Origin: an uncultured Acidobacteriota bacterium
Lineage (GTDB): Bacteria; Acidobacteriota; Thermoanaerobaculia; Multivoradales; UBA5704
Direction: 5' to 3'
NCBI GenBank assembly: GCA_963700145.1
Contig: OY969474.1
Coordinates: 1,472,001 to 1,536,000, forward strand
DNA: 64,000 bases
The translations under genes and the position numbers were made by a program. Shown piece after piece: positions 29,070 to 38,607 of the stretch (position 1 is the stretch's first letter; each line of letters begins with the position of its first letter). The notes under the pieces are model-generated. The model was not told the origin of the DNA, made no database searches, and worked only from the letters and a program-made list of their open reading frames with translations.

Positions 29070-29897
29070 ATGACGCCTAGATTCCTCTGCCTGCTCGCGC
29101 TGGCGCTCGGCGCCGTGCTTCCCGCCGCCGCGCAACCGCCGCCGGCGGAGAAATCCGCCGAACCCGCCCGCGCCGAGGTGCTGGTCCTCGGCACCTACCA
29201 CATGGCCAACCCGGGACGCGACATCTTCAACATGCAGGCCGACGACGTGCTCGCGCCCAAGCGCCAGGCCGAGATCGCAGAGGTCGTCGCGGCCCTCAAG
29301 CGGTTCAACCCCACGAAGGTCGCGGTAGAAGCCGACGTCGGCGACGACCGCATCCCCAAGCGCTACGCCGACTACCTGGCCGGCACCTACGAGCTGACGC
29401 GCAACGAGACCGAGCAGATCGGCTTCCGGCTCGCCAAGGAGCTCGGCCACAAGACCGTGTACCCGGTGGACGTCGAGGGCGACTTCCCGTTCCAGCGCCT
29501 CGCCAACTTCGCCAAGGCGAGCGGCCGCTCGCCGGAGCTCGACGCGATGATGGGCGAGGTCGGCGGCATCGTCGAGGCGCAGGGCGCGTATCTCGCCTCC
29601 CACACCATCCTCGAGACGCTGCTCTACATGAACGCCGACGACAAGGTCGCCGCGGACGTGGGCTTCTACTACCGGCTGGCGCACTTCGGCGAGCCCGGCG
29701 ATTGGGCCGGCGCCGACCTGGTCTCCGAGTGGTTCCGGCGCAACATGCGCATCTACACCAACGTCGTGCAGCTCGCCGACTCTCCGAACGAGCGCCTGCT
29801 GGTCGTCTTCGGAGCGGGGCACCTCGGCTGGCTGCAACAGGACTTCGCCAGCAACCCCAACCTCCGCCTGCGCAAGCTCGCCGAGTTCGCCAGGTAA
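29070..29897 (+). CDS. Secreted DUF5694-like protein
   Basis: Signal peptide; VLGTYHMANP, FNPTKVAVE, NE..QIGFRLA, W..RN.RIY and FGAGH motifs. Confidence 0.8.
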   Translation: MTPRFLCLLALALGAVLPAAAQPPPAEKSAEPARAEVLVLGTYHMANPGRDIFNMQADDVLAPKRQAEIAEVVAALKRFNPTKVAVEADVGDDRIPKRYADYLAGTYELTRNETEQIGFRLAKELGHKTVYPVDVEGDFPFQRLANFAKASGRSPELDAMMGEVGGIVEAQGAYLASHTILETLLYMNADDKVAADVGFYYRLAHFGEPGDWAGADLVSEWFRRNMRIYTNVVQLADSPNERLLVVFGAGHLGWLQQDFASNPNLRLRKLAEFAR

Positions 29898-29900
29898 GGC

Positions 29901-30187
29901 CGCTTTTCGAGAGGGAAGCTTCCCTACCGGAAAGGCAAGCTTCGCTTTTCAAGAGGGAAGCTTCGCCTTTGAAGAGGGAAGCTTCGCCATCCAAAAGGGA
30001 AGCCTCGCTTTTCAAGAGGGAAGCTTCGCCATTCAAAGGAGAAGCTTAGCTTTTCAAAAGGGAGGCTTCCCTACCCGAAGGGGAAGCTTCGCTTTTCAAA
30101 GGTGAAGCTTCCCTTTCCGAAGGCGAAGCTTCGCTTTTCAAAAGGGAAGCTTCCCTTTCGGGGAGGCAAGCCTCCCCTTGCGAGGAA
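29901..30187. repeat. 21-bp self-complementary tandem array, consensus GAAGCTTCGCTTTTCAAAAGG, 13 units
   Basis: Units start at 29915+21n up to 30167 with no indels; lies between two convergent stop codons. Confidence 0.93.
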
Positions 30188-30215
30188 TGTCCTCGCCAGG
30201 GGACGAGGACTGTTA

Positions 30216-32912
30216 CTATTCGTAGCGCAGCGCCTGGGTCGGCGCGATCCGGGAGGCTCTGCGCGCGGGCACGTAGGCCGCCAGCATGGTCACGAGCACC
30301 ATCGACGGCACGACGACGAGATACGCCACGACGTCGACCCCGCCGGCGTCGAAGAGCATGGAGTTCATGAGCTTCTCGAGGGCGAAGCCCATCGCCAGGC
30401 CCATCGCGGTTCCCAACCCCACGAGCACGAGGCTCTTGCTCATCACCAGGCGCAGCACGGCGAGCGGTCCCGCTCCGATCGCCATGCGGATGCCGATCTC
30501 GCGCGTCCGGCGGGTGACGTTGTAGGACACCAGCCCGTACAGGCCGGCGATCGCCAGCAGGAGGCCCACGGCGCCCATCGTGCTGACCAGCCGGACCGCG
30601 ACCGCCGGGCCTTCCACGGCGTGGTACCGGTACAGGTTCTCGTAGCTCCTCGCCTCGATCAGCGGCATGTTCGGATCGAGCGCGCGGACGATCTCCTTCA
30701 CCGGCTCGACCCAGCGCAGCGGATCGCCGCTCGTGCGCACCAGCAGGACCATGCGCGCCTTCGGGTCCTGCGCCAGCGGCAGGTAGACGTTGTCCGTCGG
30801 CTTCTCGCTGGTATCGCGGTACTTGATGGTCTGCGCGACGCCGACGATCTCGATCGGCGTGCCGTCGCGGCGGCCGAGCCGGAGGCGCTTGCCCACCGCC
30901 TCGGTGCCCGGCCAATAGCGCTTCGCGAAGTGCTCGTTGACGATCGCAACACGCGGCGAGTCCGCGGTGTCCGAAGCCAGGAAGCCGCGGCCGCTCAGGA
31001 TCCGCACCCCCAAGGTCTCGAAGTATCCCTCGTCGACGATGTCCATCATCGAGGTGAAGCTGTCGTGATCGGGCGGCATCTGGAAGCCCTCGGGCACGAA
31101 GGAGAGGGCGGCGAAGGCGCCCAGCCCGAGCGGCGGGTTCTGCGCCAGGGCCGCGGCGCGGACCCCGGGCGCCTGCCGGACGCGGTCGGACAGCAGCTCG
31201 TAGAACCGCTCCGTCCGCGCCGCGTCGTACTGCACCAGGCGCGGATCGAACCTCGCCAGCAGCAGGTGGTCGTGCGCGAACCCGACCCCCTCGCCGAGGC
31301 CCTGCCGGAAACCCCTCGCCATCAGGAACGAGGCCGTCAACAGCGTCAGGGACAGGGCGACCTGCGCCACCACCAGGACGTTGCGGGCCCAGAGGCGTTG
31401 GCTCCCGGGCACCTCGACGTCGGCCGTCTTGAGCCCGTTCGCGAGGTCCGGGCGCGTCGACTGCAGCGCCGGCGCCAGCCCGCAGACGAACGCGCTCACG
31501 ACGGACAGCGCGACGCTCAGCAGCAGCACGCGCGTGTCCATCCGGAAGGGGACCGTCACCGGCAGCTCGGCCGGGATGCTGAAGTCCTGCAGCAGCCCGA
31601 TGACGCCGTAGCCGAGGGCGATCCCGCCCAGGCCGCCCAGGAAGGACAGGATCAGGCTTTCGGTCAGGAGCAGCCGGACCACCCGGGAGCGCCCGGCGCC
31701 CAGCGCCAGCCGCACGGCGATCTCGCGGGTGCGCGTGGCGGCCCGGCTCAACAGCAGCCCCGCCACGTTGGTGCACGCCACCAGCAGCACCGTCAGCGCG
31801 AGGACGGTGAAGATCACGCCGAACCGCCAGTTGATGTCGTCGCCCCGCGTCCGCATCTCGAACTGGGTGCGCACCTCGGCGCCGCGGCCGTGGTTGAGCG
31901 CCGGGTGCTCGCGCTCGAAATTGCGCGCGACGACGGCAAGCTCGGCCCGCGCCTCCTCGAGGCTCGCGCCCTCCTGCAGGCGCGCCTTGACGCTCAGCTC
32001 GCGGTCGTCCCGGTCCTCGAAGAAGCGCTTCTGCGGGTCGGTCGAGAAGACGGGCGCCATCGCCAGCGGCACGTAGAGATCGGGGCGGGCGAAGATCAGC
32101 ATCCCCCGGAACTCCTCCGGCGCGACGCCGATCACGGTGAACTCCGTACCGTTCAAGCGGATCGTCCGGCCGACGACGGCGGGGTCGCCCCCGAACTCGT
32201 ACTTCCAGAAGTCCCACCCGAGCACCGCCACCGCGTCGCGGCCGGGCACCTCGTCCTCGTCCTTGCGGAAGCCGCGCCCCAACGGCGGCTCGACGCCGAG
32301 CACGGAGAAGTAGTTGCCGGAGACCAGCATGCCGATCTTGACCCGCGGCGTGGCTCCCGGCTCGGCGGCGAAGCCGACGGCCTGGGCCGAAGTGTTGGCG
32401 ATCACGCCTTCGTAGCTTCTCGTCTGGTCCCGGATGTCCAGGTACTCGCGGTACGAGAAGTGGTCGTAGCGGTTGTCGCGCGACGTGCTCGCCAGCCAGA
32501 CGACGTCCTCCGGGTTCGGCACCGGATGCGGCCGGAAGATCAGCGCGTCGAGCATGCTGAAAGGCGTCGCGGTCATCCCGATCCCCACGGCGAGCGTGAC
32601 CACCACGAAGGCGGCCAGCCCGGGGTTGCGCAGCAGGCTCCGGACGGCGTAGCGCGTATCGGCGAAGAAATCAGTCAACCAGTTGACGCGTCGCATGTCC
32701 CGCATCTCCTCTTTCCGTTGTTCCAGCCCGCCCATCGCGCGCATGGCCCGGCGGCGCGCCTCGTCCGGGGGCAGCCCTTGGGCGATGCCTTCCTCGATCT
32801 TGTGCTCGAGGTGGAACTGCAGCTCCTCGTCGAGCTCCTGCTCCACCCGGCGGCGGCGGAAGATGGACCGCAGCCGCAACGGCGCCGTGAACCACCAGTG
32901 TTCGATCCGCAT
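30216..32912 (-). CDS. Acidobacterial duplicated orphan ABC permease (ADOP, MacB/FtsX x2)
   Basis: ELDEELQFHLE prefix; D.RYAVRSL; REIAVRLALGAGR and REIGIRMAIGA; PARRASRI.P..ALRYE. Confidence 0.93.
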   Translation of the reverse strand: MRIEHWWFTAPLRLRSIFRRRRVEQELDEELQFHLEHKIEEGIAQGLPPDEARRRAMRAMGGLEQRKEEMRDMRRVNWLTDFFADTRYAVRSLLRNPGLAAFVVVTLAVGIGMTATPFSMLDALIFRPHPVPNPEDVVWLASTSRDNRYDHFSYREYLDIRDQTRSYEGVIANTSAQAVGFAAEPGATPRVKIGMLVSGNYFSVLGVEPPLGRGFRKDEDEVPGRDAVAVLGWDFWKYEFGGDPAVVGRTIRLNGTEFTVIGVAPEEFRGMLIFARPDLYVPLAMAPVFSTDPQKRFFEDRDDRELSVKARLQEGASLEEARAELAVVARNFEREHPALNHGRGAEVRTQFEMRTRGDDINWRFGVIFTVLALTVLLVACTNVAGLLLSRAATRTREIAVRLALGAGRSRVVRLLLTESLILSFLGGLGGIALGYGVIGLLQDFSIPAELPVTVPFRMDTRVLLLSVALSVVSAFVCGLAPALQSTRPDLANGLKTADVEVPGSQRLWARNVLVVAQVALSLTLLTASFLMARGFRQGLGEGVGFAHDHLLLARFDPRLVQYDAARTERFYELLSDRVRQAPGVRAAALAQNPPLGLGAFAALSFVPEGFQMPPDHDSFTSMMDIVDEGYFETLGVRILSGRGFLASDTADSPRVAIVNEHFAKRYWPGTEAVGKRLRLGRRDGTPIEIVGVAQTIKYRDTSEKPTDNVYLPLAQDPKARMVLLVRTSGDPLRWVEPVKEIVRALDPNMPLIEARSYENLYRYHAVEGPAVAVRLVSTMGAVGLLLAIAGLYGLVSYNVTRRTREIGIRMAIGAGPLAVLRLVMSKSLVLVGLGTAMGLAMGFALEKLMNSMLFDAGGVDVVAYLVVVPSMVLVTMLAAYVPARRASRIAPTQALRYE

Positions 32913-32923
32913 GGCTTTTCTCG

Positions 32924-33613
32924 CTACTCGTTGATCGGCGTTCGTATTCCCTTGACCAGCAGCCAGATGCCCAGACCGACTTCGTAGATCCCTATCGGCG
33001 CCATGTAGGTCAGCCCCATGGCACCCAGACTCGGGAACACCATGATGGCCAGCGTGACGCCCGACAGCACCAACGACGCGAAGATCCCCCAAGCGGCCAG
33101 CGCCCGCGGGATGTAGCGCGACCTGAGCCAGAGGTAGCTGAAGAGGGCCGATCCCAGGCCGAGAAAGACGAAGGCGATCCTGAGCCCCTGCCCCTGCACG
33201 CCGATGAAGAGGCGCGCCAGCGCCTGCAACTGCTCCGGGTCGACCGCCCGCAAGTACTCGGCGCCGCCCAGGAGCCGCAAGGCCACGAAGCCGTTCAAGA
33301 CGGCGACCGCGCCGACGGCGTTCTCGGCCAGCCGCCAGAACGCCGCCAGCAAGGCCAGATGCCGGTTGACCGGCGCCAGCACGACGTAGAGCGCCACGAT
33401 CAGCGCGATGACGGTCACCGCCGTCATCAGGTCGCTTGCCAGACCGATGCGGAAGAGGCGGTCGGACGCCGCCAGGTTCGCGGCGGTCTGCGCGGCGTCG
33501 CGGGTCACGACCTGGCCTTTCGCCCAGAACCCGAAGACCCCGGTCGCCATCTGCAGCAGGTAGAGGAAGCCGGCCGCCTTGGCCGCGGTGCGTTGTGCCG
33601 GTTCGAGCGCCAT
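32924..33613 (-). CDS. DUF4386-like membrane protein
   Basis: AAGFLYLL..TAANL...LFRIG; YL.LRSRYIPR; E..LG.WLLVKG. Confidence 0.8.
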   Translation of the reverse strand: MALEPAQRTAAKAAGFLYLLQMATGVFGFWAKGQVVTRDAAQTAANLAASDRLFRIGLASDLMTAVTVIALIVALYVVLAPVNRHLALLAAFWRLAENAVGAVAVLNGFVALRLLGGAEYLRAVDPEQLQALARLFIGVQGQGLRIAFVFLGLGSALFSYLWLRSRYIPRALAAWGIFASLVLSGVTLAIMVFPSLGAMGLTYMAPIGIYEVGLGIWLLVKGIRTPINE

Positions 33614-33615
33614 CC

Positions 33616-33951
33616 CTAAGCCTCTGAAAGCTGGAGGACGTGCGAGATGGCGGCCGACAGCCGCTGCCAGTTCGCCGCCTCCGATTCGAGCTGCTTCCTG
33701 CCCAGGCGGGTGAGCGCGTAGAACTTCGCGCGCCGGTTGTTCTCCGTCTGCTTCCACTCCGCCTTGATCCAGCCTTCCTGCTCCAGCTTGTGCAGGGCCG
33801 GGTAGAGCGAGCCTTCGCTGACCTGCAGCACGTCGCCGGAGATGGATCGCAGGCGCAGGCCGATGGCCCAGCCGTGCAGGGGCTCCAGCGCCAGCAGCTT
33901 CAGCAGGAGCAGGTCGAGGGTGCCGAGGACGAGGTCGTTGGGCTTGCTCAT
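33616..33951 (-). CDS. PadR-family transcriptional regulator (acidobacterial type)
   Basis: GTLDLLLLK, HGW.I, GSLYPALHKLE and ENNRRAKFY.LT motifs. Confidence 0.95.
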   Translation of the reverse strand: MSKPNDLVLGTLDLLLLKLLALEPLHGWAIGLRLRSISGDVLQVSEGSLYPALHKLEQEGWIKAEWKQTENNRRAKFYALTRLGRKQLESEAANWQRLSAAISHVLQLSEA

Positions 33952-34002
33952 ATCGGTTTCCTAGGGGAGAATACACAGACTCCCCTCGGTAAGCAAGGGG
34001 AG
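33947..34002 (-). promoter_or_regulatory. Tandem putative PadR operators flanking an extended -10 box
   Basis: CTCCCCTCGGTAAGCAAGGGGAG (33980-34002, palindromic ends) and CTCATATCGGTTTCCTAGGGGAG (33947-33969, over the start codon), 33 bp apart; TGTGTATTCT on the minus strand between them. Confidence 0.6.
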
Positions 34003-34049
34003 GGCGTCGGAGACTGGGAGGACCTACGCAGGCTGGAGCGGTAAGGCCT

Positions 34050-35423
34050 TCAATCCGATCCGGCGGTGTACCAGGTCCCGCCGGGCCCGGTGAAGCTGTC
34101 GCCTTCGCCCCAGACGAGGTGATTGCGGCCGCCGGCGTCGACGGCGATCTCCAGGTAATCGCCGTAGGGGAAGCGGTAGCCGTTGGCGTGCTTGTAGGGG
34201 GCGCCGCTCGTCTGGTCGGAGAGACGCACGGCGGCGCTCCACGTCGCGCCGCCGTTGCGCGTCTCGCGGAACCAGGTGTTCCAGGAGTCCGTCCCGCCGC
34301 CGCGCGTGTCCTGCCAGACCAGGCGGAAGTCACCGGCCGCGCCTCCGGCGCCGAGCGCGGGGAAGCCGTTGTACACCGCCGGATCGGGGACCGACACCCG
34401 GAGCCGCGCGCTCCAGGTGGCGCCGCCGTCGGTGGAGGTGCGGACGTACATCGGCTGCGGCGCCCCCGCAGCGCCGCCGGCGTGGTAGGCGACGACCACG
34501 GTCCCGGCGAGGTCGGCGGCCACGCCGACGGAGGGCCCGAAGAACCCGAAGTAGCAGCCCACCGCCCAGGGGCAGTCAGGCATCTCGCTCGAGGTGTCCA
34601 GCCGGGTGTGCGTCCAGGTCGCGCCGCCGTCGCTCGACTTCAGCACCCCGACGTGGGAGTCGCCCGAGTAGTCCTGGCTGTAGTCGGCGGTGGCGAAGAA
34701 GACGTCGCCGTCCGGCGCCACGGCGCCGGCGCTGTGGAACCAGTAGCGGGTGTCGTTGCTGGTCTTGACCGCCGGCGCGAAGCTGGCCCCGTAATCATGC
34801 GAGGCGGCGACCCAACTGTCGCTGGCGTTGAAGGCCACGTAGACGTCGCGGCCGTCGGGCGAGATGGCGAGGACCGGCCGGTCGGACCAGCTCGGCTTCT
34901 TCCCTTTGCCGGTGAACGCGATGGGCTCCGACCAGGTGGCCCCGCGGTCGGCCGACTTGATGAACTTCACGCCCGGCCGGTAGTCGTCGAGCCAGGCGGC
35001 GTAGATGGTGCCGTCGGTCGCCACCTCGATCTGCGGGTCGTTCTGCGGCTTCCTGGTGAGGGGGAAGAAGCGGTCGGGTCCCCAGGTGCCGCCGCCGTCG
35101 GCCGAGGCGCGGAAGACGATCACCGGGAAGGGGCAGTTCGGGCAGGCCTTGGGGCCGCTGTAGCGCGTCGTGAGCTGATAGACGAAGCTCGAGGAAGGGT
35201 CCGCCGCGACGGCCGGCTCCCAGTCGTCGTGGCCGCTCCACACGCGCTCGGCGTCGAACCCGGAAGCGGCGGCCGACGCGAAGGGCGCGCGCTCGACGAC
35301 AGTCGTCGCGAGGTAGGAGCGGCCGCTGGGGAGCTTCCTCCCCTCGCCCCTCTCCCCGACCTGGCTACAGGTGATCGCGACCGCGCCCAGCAGCAACGAG
35401 GAGAGAAGAGGTTGGCGGTTCAT
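34050..35423 (-). CDS. Secreted BNR/Asp-box (sialidase-fold) protein
   Basis: Six SxDxGxTW-type boxes; N-terminal signal with a possible lipobox. Confidence 0.85.
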   Translation of the reverse strand: MNRQPLLSSLLLGAVAITCSQVGERGEGRKLPSGRSYLATTVVERAPFASAAASGFDAERVWSGHDDWEPAVAADPSSSFVYQLTTRYSGPKACPNCPFPVIVFRASADGGGTWGPDRFFPLTRKPQNDPQIEVATDGTIYAAWLDDYRPGVKFIKSADRGATWSEPIAFTGKGKKPSWSDRPVLAISPDGRDVYVAFNASDSWVAASHDYGASFAPAVKTSNDTRYWFHSAGAVAPDGDVFFATADYSQDYSGDSHVGVLKSSDGGATWTHTRLDTSSEMPDCPWAVGCYFGFFGPSVGVAADLAGTVVVAYHAGGAAGAPQPMYVRTSTDGGATWSARLRVSVPDPAVYNGFPALGAGGAAGDFRLVWQDTRGGGTDSWNTWFRETRNGGATWSAAVRLSDQTSGAPYKHANGYRFPYGDYLEIAVDAGGRNHLVWGEGDSFTGPGGTWYTAGSD

Positions 35424-35471
35424 GAGCCCTCCCTTTCCAGCGCGAATGGAACGAGCTACCCGCAACAGACT

Positions 35472-35849
35472 CTACTCCCGCTTGGCTTGAGCGGCCTCGG
35501 CGTCGAGTCGGGCGAGGAGGGCACGGATGCGCGACTCGGCAGCCGGGGCGTCCGCCGTAGCGCTATGCCACACCGTCTCGAGATCGACCTCGAAGTAGCC
35601 GTGCGCGAGACGATCACGCATGCCAGCGATCGCTGCCCACGGGACCTCCGGCGCCAACGCACGCACCTCGGAGGGAACGTGCTTCGCCGCTTCACCCACG
35701 ATCAACAGAGCTTGGACCACCGCATATCGGCTCATGCGATCTGACGCCAAGTCGTCAGGCGACGAAAGCCGTGCGCAGAACTCCTGAGCCAAGCGCAGGT
35801 TCTCCACCATGTCCGCCAAACGCACCCGGACGTCGCGGGGCTCGGTCAT
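35472..35849 (-). CDS. HEPN/DUF86 RNase toxin (HepT-like)
   Basis: IVGEAAK, PW..IAGMRDRLAHGY (Rx4H) and VD...VW motifs. Confidence 0.92.
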   Translation of the reverse strand: MTEPRDVRVRLADMVENLRLAQEFCARLSSPDDLASDRMSRYAVVQALLIVGEAAKHVPSEVRALAPEVPWAAIAGMRDRLAHGYFEVDLETVWHSATADAPAAESRIRALLARLDAEAAQAKRE

Positions 35850-36154
35850 ACCGGCACCGCAGCGCCCAGAATGCGTTCCTTGAGCCGCGGCTTGATCGAC
35901 GTCGGAGTCAGTACGTCAACCTTGACACCGAAGCGGTCACTCAGCTCCTGCTCCATCCCTACGAGCTCGAACAGGCCAACCGGCCTCTCGAACGTCACCA
36001 ATAGATCGAGGTCGCTCTCGGCGGTAAAGTCGTCGCGGACGCGGGAGCCGAAGACCGCCATTGTCCCGATGCCGTAGCGCTCCCGCAGCTCGGGCAGCAG
36101 CTCGCCTAGCTGCGCGAGAAGGCCCTTGAGGTCGGTGGCGAGAGCGGATGTCAT
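35846..36154 (-). CDS. Minimal nucleotidyltransferase antitoxin (MntA-like)
   Basis: FGSRVR......SDLDLLV and KVDVL motifs; overlaps the HEPN gene start. Confidence 0.92.
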   Translation of the reverse strand: MTSALATDLKGLLAQLGELLPELRERYGIGTMAVFGSRVRDDFTAESDLDLLVTFERPVGLFELVGMEQELSDRFGVKVDVLTPTSIKPRLKERILGAAVPV

Positions 36155-36172
36155 GAGCGATCGCGGTCCCGG

Positions 36173-37657
36173 TCAATCCCGCTCCACCACCATCGCGAAT
36201 CCCACCCCGCCGGCCGCGCAGACCGTGGCGAGGCCGAGGTTGCCGCCGCGGCGGCGGAGCTCGTAGAGGAGCTGGGTGACGACGCGGGCGCCGGTGGCGC
36301 CGAAGGGGTGGCCGATGGCGATCGAGCCGCCGGTGACGTTGAGGCGCTCGAAGTCCACCTCGCCGAGCGGCGCGCTGCGGCCCAGCTCGCGCTCGGCGAA
36401 CTTGCGCGAGGCGAAGGCCTTGAGGTTCGAGAGGATCTGCGCCGCGAAGGCCTCGTGCATCTCGACGAGGTCCATGTCGGCGAGGGTGGCGCCGGCGCCG
36501 TCGAGCGCCTCCGGCGCCGCGTAGGCCGGCCCCTGGAGGAGCTGCTCGCCCGGGTTGAGCGCCGTGAAGGCCCAGGAGCGGACGTAGCCGAGCGGCTGGT
36601 AGCCGAGCGCCGCGGCCTTCTGCTCGCTCATCAAGAGGACCGCCGAGCCGCCGTCGGTGAGCGGGCTGGAGTTGCCGGCGGTGAGCGTGCCGTAGCGCTT
36701 GTCGAAGACCGGCGGCAGCTTGGCCAGGGCCTCGAGCGAGCTGTCGGCGCGGATGCCGTTGTCGCGCGCCACCGCCTTGTCGTAGCGCGGCGGCGGGAAG
36801 GTGGGGGCGATCTGCGCCGCCAGCCGCCCGTCGGCGGTCGCCGCGGCGGCGCGCTGGTGCGACAGCAGCGCGATCTCGTCCTGCGCGCGGCGCGAGATGT
36901 CGTTCTCCTTCGCCATCTTCTCGGTCGACTCCCCCATCGTCAGCCCGGTCGAGTACTCCGAGATCGACGGCGGCACCGGCGCCAGGTCGGCGGGGCGGAG
37001 CTTGCCCAGCACCGCCAGCTTCTGCGGCAGCGACTTCGCCTTCGACAGCTCCATGAAGGTGCGCGCCGCCTTGCGCGAGAACTGGATGGGGACGTTGGAG
37101 AGCGACTCGGCGCCGCCGGCCAGCACCACGTCGCACTCGCCGGCGAGGATCGCCTGCGCGCCGAAGGCGATGGCACGGCTGGAGGAGGCGCAGGCGAGGT
37201 TGACGGTCACCCCAGGCACCCGCAGCGGCATCGAGGTGCGGATGACGACCTCGCGCCCGAGGTTGGGGGCGTGGAGGGCGGGCACGACGACGCCGAAGAC
37301 CGACAATTCGACGTTCTCGGGGTCGAGCGCGGCGCGGGTCAGCAGCTCCGAGGCCGCGGCGCTCGCCAGGTCGATGACGTCCATGCCCTGGAAGTCGGTG
37401 CCGGCCTTGGTGAACGGCGTGCGGCAGCCGTCGACGATCGCCACCCGCCCGCGCGGGCCGCGCAGCTCGCGCCGGGAGACTCGCTGGGTGGGGGCGTAGG
37501 CGGGGCGGCGGGCGGGTGCGCTGCCGTTGCCCTCGGCGTGCGTCCAGACGGTGTCCGCCCGCTCCCGCACCTCCTCGACGGCGCTCGCTTCGTTCGGCGG
37601 GCGGAGCGGCGGCGGAAAGTCGTTCTGCGGCTGCGGCTCCGGCGCGTCCTCGGCCAT
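36173..37657 (-). CDS. fadI: Acetyl-CoA C-acyltransferase (FadI-like thiolase)
   Basis: [32 protein letters not shown] and CAAGG motifs. Confidence 0.9.
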   Translation of the reverse strand: MAEDAPEPQPQNDFPPPLRPPNEASAVEEVRERADTVWTHAEGNGSAPARRPAYAPTQRVSRRELRGPRGRVAIVDGCRTPFTKAGTDFQGMDVIDLASAAASELLTRAALDPENVELSVFGVVVPALHAPNLGREVVIRTSMPLRVPGVTVNLACASSSRAIAFGAQAILAGECDVVLAGGAESLSNVPIQFSRKAARTFMELSKAKSLPQKLAVLGKLRPADLAPVPPSISEYSTGLTMGESTEKMAKENDISRRAQDEIALLSHQRAAAATADGRLAAQIAPTFPPPRYDKAVARDNGIRADSSLEALAKLPPVFDKRYGTLTAGNSSPLTDGGSAVLLMSEQKAAALGYQPLGYVRSWAFTALNPGEQLLQGPAYAAPEALDGAGATLADMDLVEMHEAFAAQILSNLKAFASRKFAERELGRSAPLGEVDFERLNVTGGSIAIGHPFGATGARVVTQLLYELRRRGGNLGLATVCAAGGVGFAMVVERD

Positions 37658-37684
37658 GGCGCTCCTCCGATCGGCCCAGTTATA

Positions 37685-38278
37685 TCAGCCGCCGTCGCCG
37701 GCGGCCGGCAGCGGCACGACGGCCACGCCGCGGGCCCGCCAGAACGCGAGGTCGCCCGAGGCGAGCGGCGCCGGGCCGGTGACGACCAGGGAGTGGAGCC
37801 GCCGCAGGGCAGCCCGCGGCGCGCCGGCGGCGGCGCGGCGCAAGGCGGCAAGGCGCGGGGGGTCGCCGTGGAAGACGGTCGGCCGGGCCCAGAGTGCGGA
37901 AGGGACCAGAGCCGCGGGCTCCGGCTCGAGGACGAGCGCCGCGCCGGCGAGGAGGGACCAGGTGAAGAGGACCCGGTCCGCGGGCTCCGGCAGGTCGGCG
38001 GGGAGGACTAGGACTTCGCGGCGCGAGCGGCCGAGGTCGCGGCCGGGCGGCAGGGCGGCCTCCAGCGCCCGGGCGGCGGCGGCGAGGGTACCGGCATTCG
38101 GCGCTCCCAGGACCTCCTCGACCGCCGGCGGTAGGCCCCCCCCGGCGGCCGCCCGCCCCCACCCGATCCAGTCCCAATCCCCGCCGCGCGGCACGAAGAG
38201 CCAGGGCTCCTCCGGCGCCGCCGCGGCGCGGGCGGCGAGGGCCGCGCGGAGCGGGTCGGGGGCGTCGGGCCCCGGCAT
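37685..38278 (-). CDS. Hypothetical protein resembling a shortened AMP-binding domain
   Basis: LAARAAAAPEEPWLF..GDW, GAALVL and RPTVFHG segments; no P-loop. Confidence 0.5.
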   Translation of the reverse strand: MPGPDAPDPLRAALAARAAAAPEEPWLFVPRGGDWDWIGWGRAAAGGGLPPAVEEVLGAPNAGTLAAAARALEAALPPGRDLGRSRREVLVLPADLPEPADRVLFTWSLLAGAALVLEPEPAALVPSALWARPTVFHGDPPRLAALRRAAAGAPRAALRRLHSLVVTGPAPLASGDLAFWRARGVAVVPLPAAGDGG

Positions 38279-38300
38279 GGGCTCTAGGGTCGGGGGAGCG

Positions 38301-38582
38301 CTAGGCCGCCGCGGCGGCGCGCATGACCTGGGTGATCTTCTGCTCGATGACCGGGCGCATGAGCGAGGCGGGGGGGCCGAGCTGGGCCTCGCCGACCAGG
38401 CGGGCCTCCTCGAGGCGGATGGTGCCCGTCGCGCCCGGGCCGTTGAGGTGCATCACCTCGCCGTCCCAGCGCCATTTCAGCATCCCCCCCGGGAAGGCCG
38501 CCTTGAGGCCGGCGTCGAGGAGCGGCCGCAGCTCCTCCATCGAGCGCTTCAGGGTCTCGACGACGATCGTCACACTGCTCAT
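38301..38582 (-). CDS. Small protein, polyhydroxyalkanoate-system-like family
   Basis: WRWDGEVMHL.GPGATGTI pattern; ~93 aa. Confidence 0.6.
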   Translation of the reverse strand: MSSVTIVVETLKRSMEELRPLLDAGLKAAFPGGMLKWRWDGEVMHLNGPGATGTIRLEEARLVGEAQLGPPASLMRPVIEQKITQVMRAAAAA

Positions 38583-38607
38583 GGGAGGCGGATGCTACCA
38601 TTCGCCA

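Noticed and set aside
35472-36154. HEPN-MNT pair as a novel defence system
   Set aside because: Standard, well-described toxin-antitoxin module
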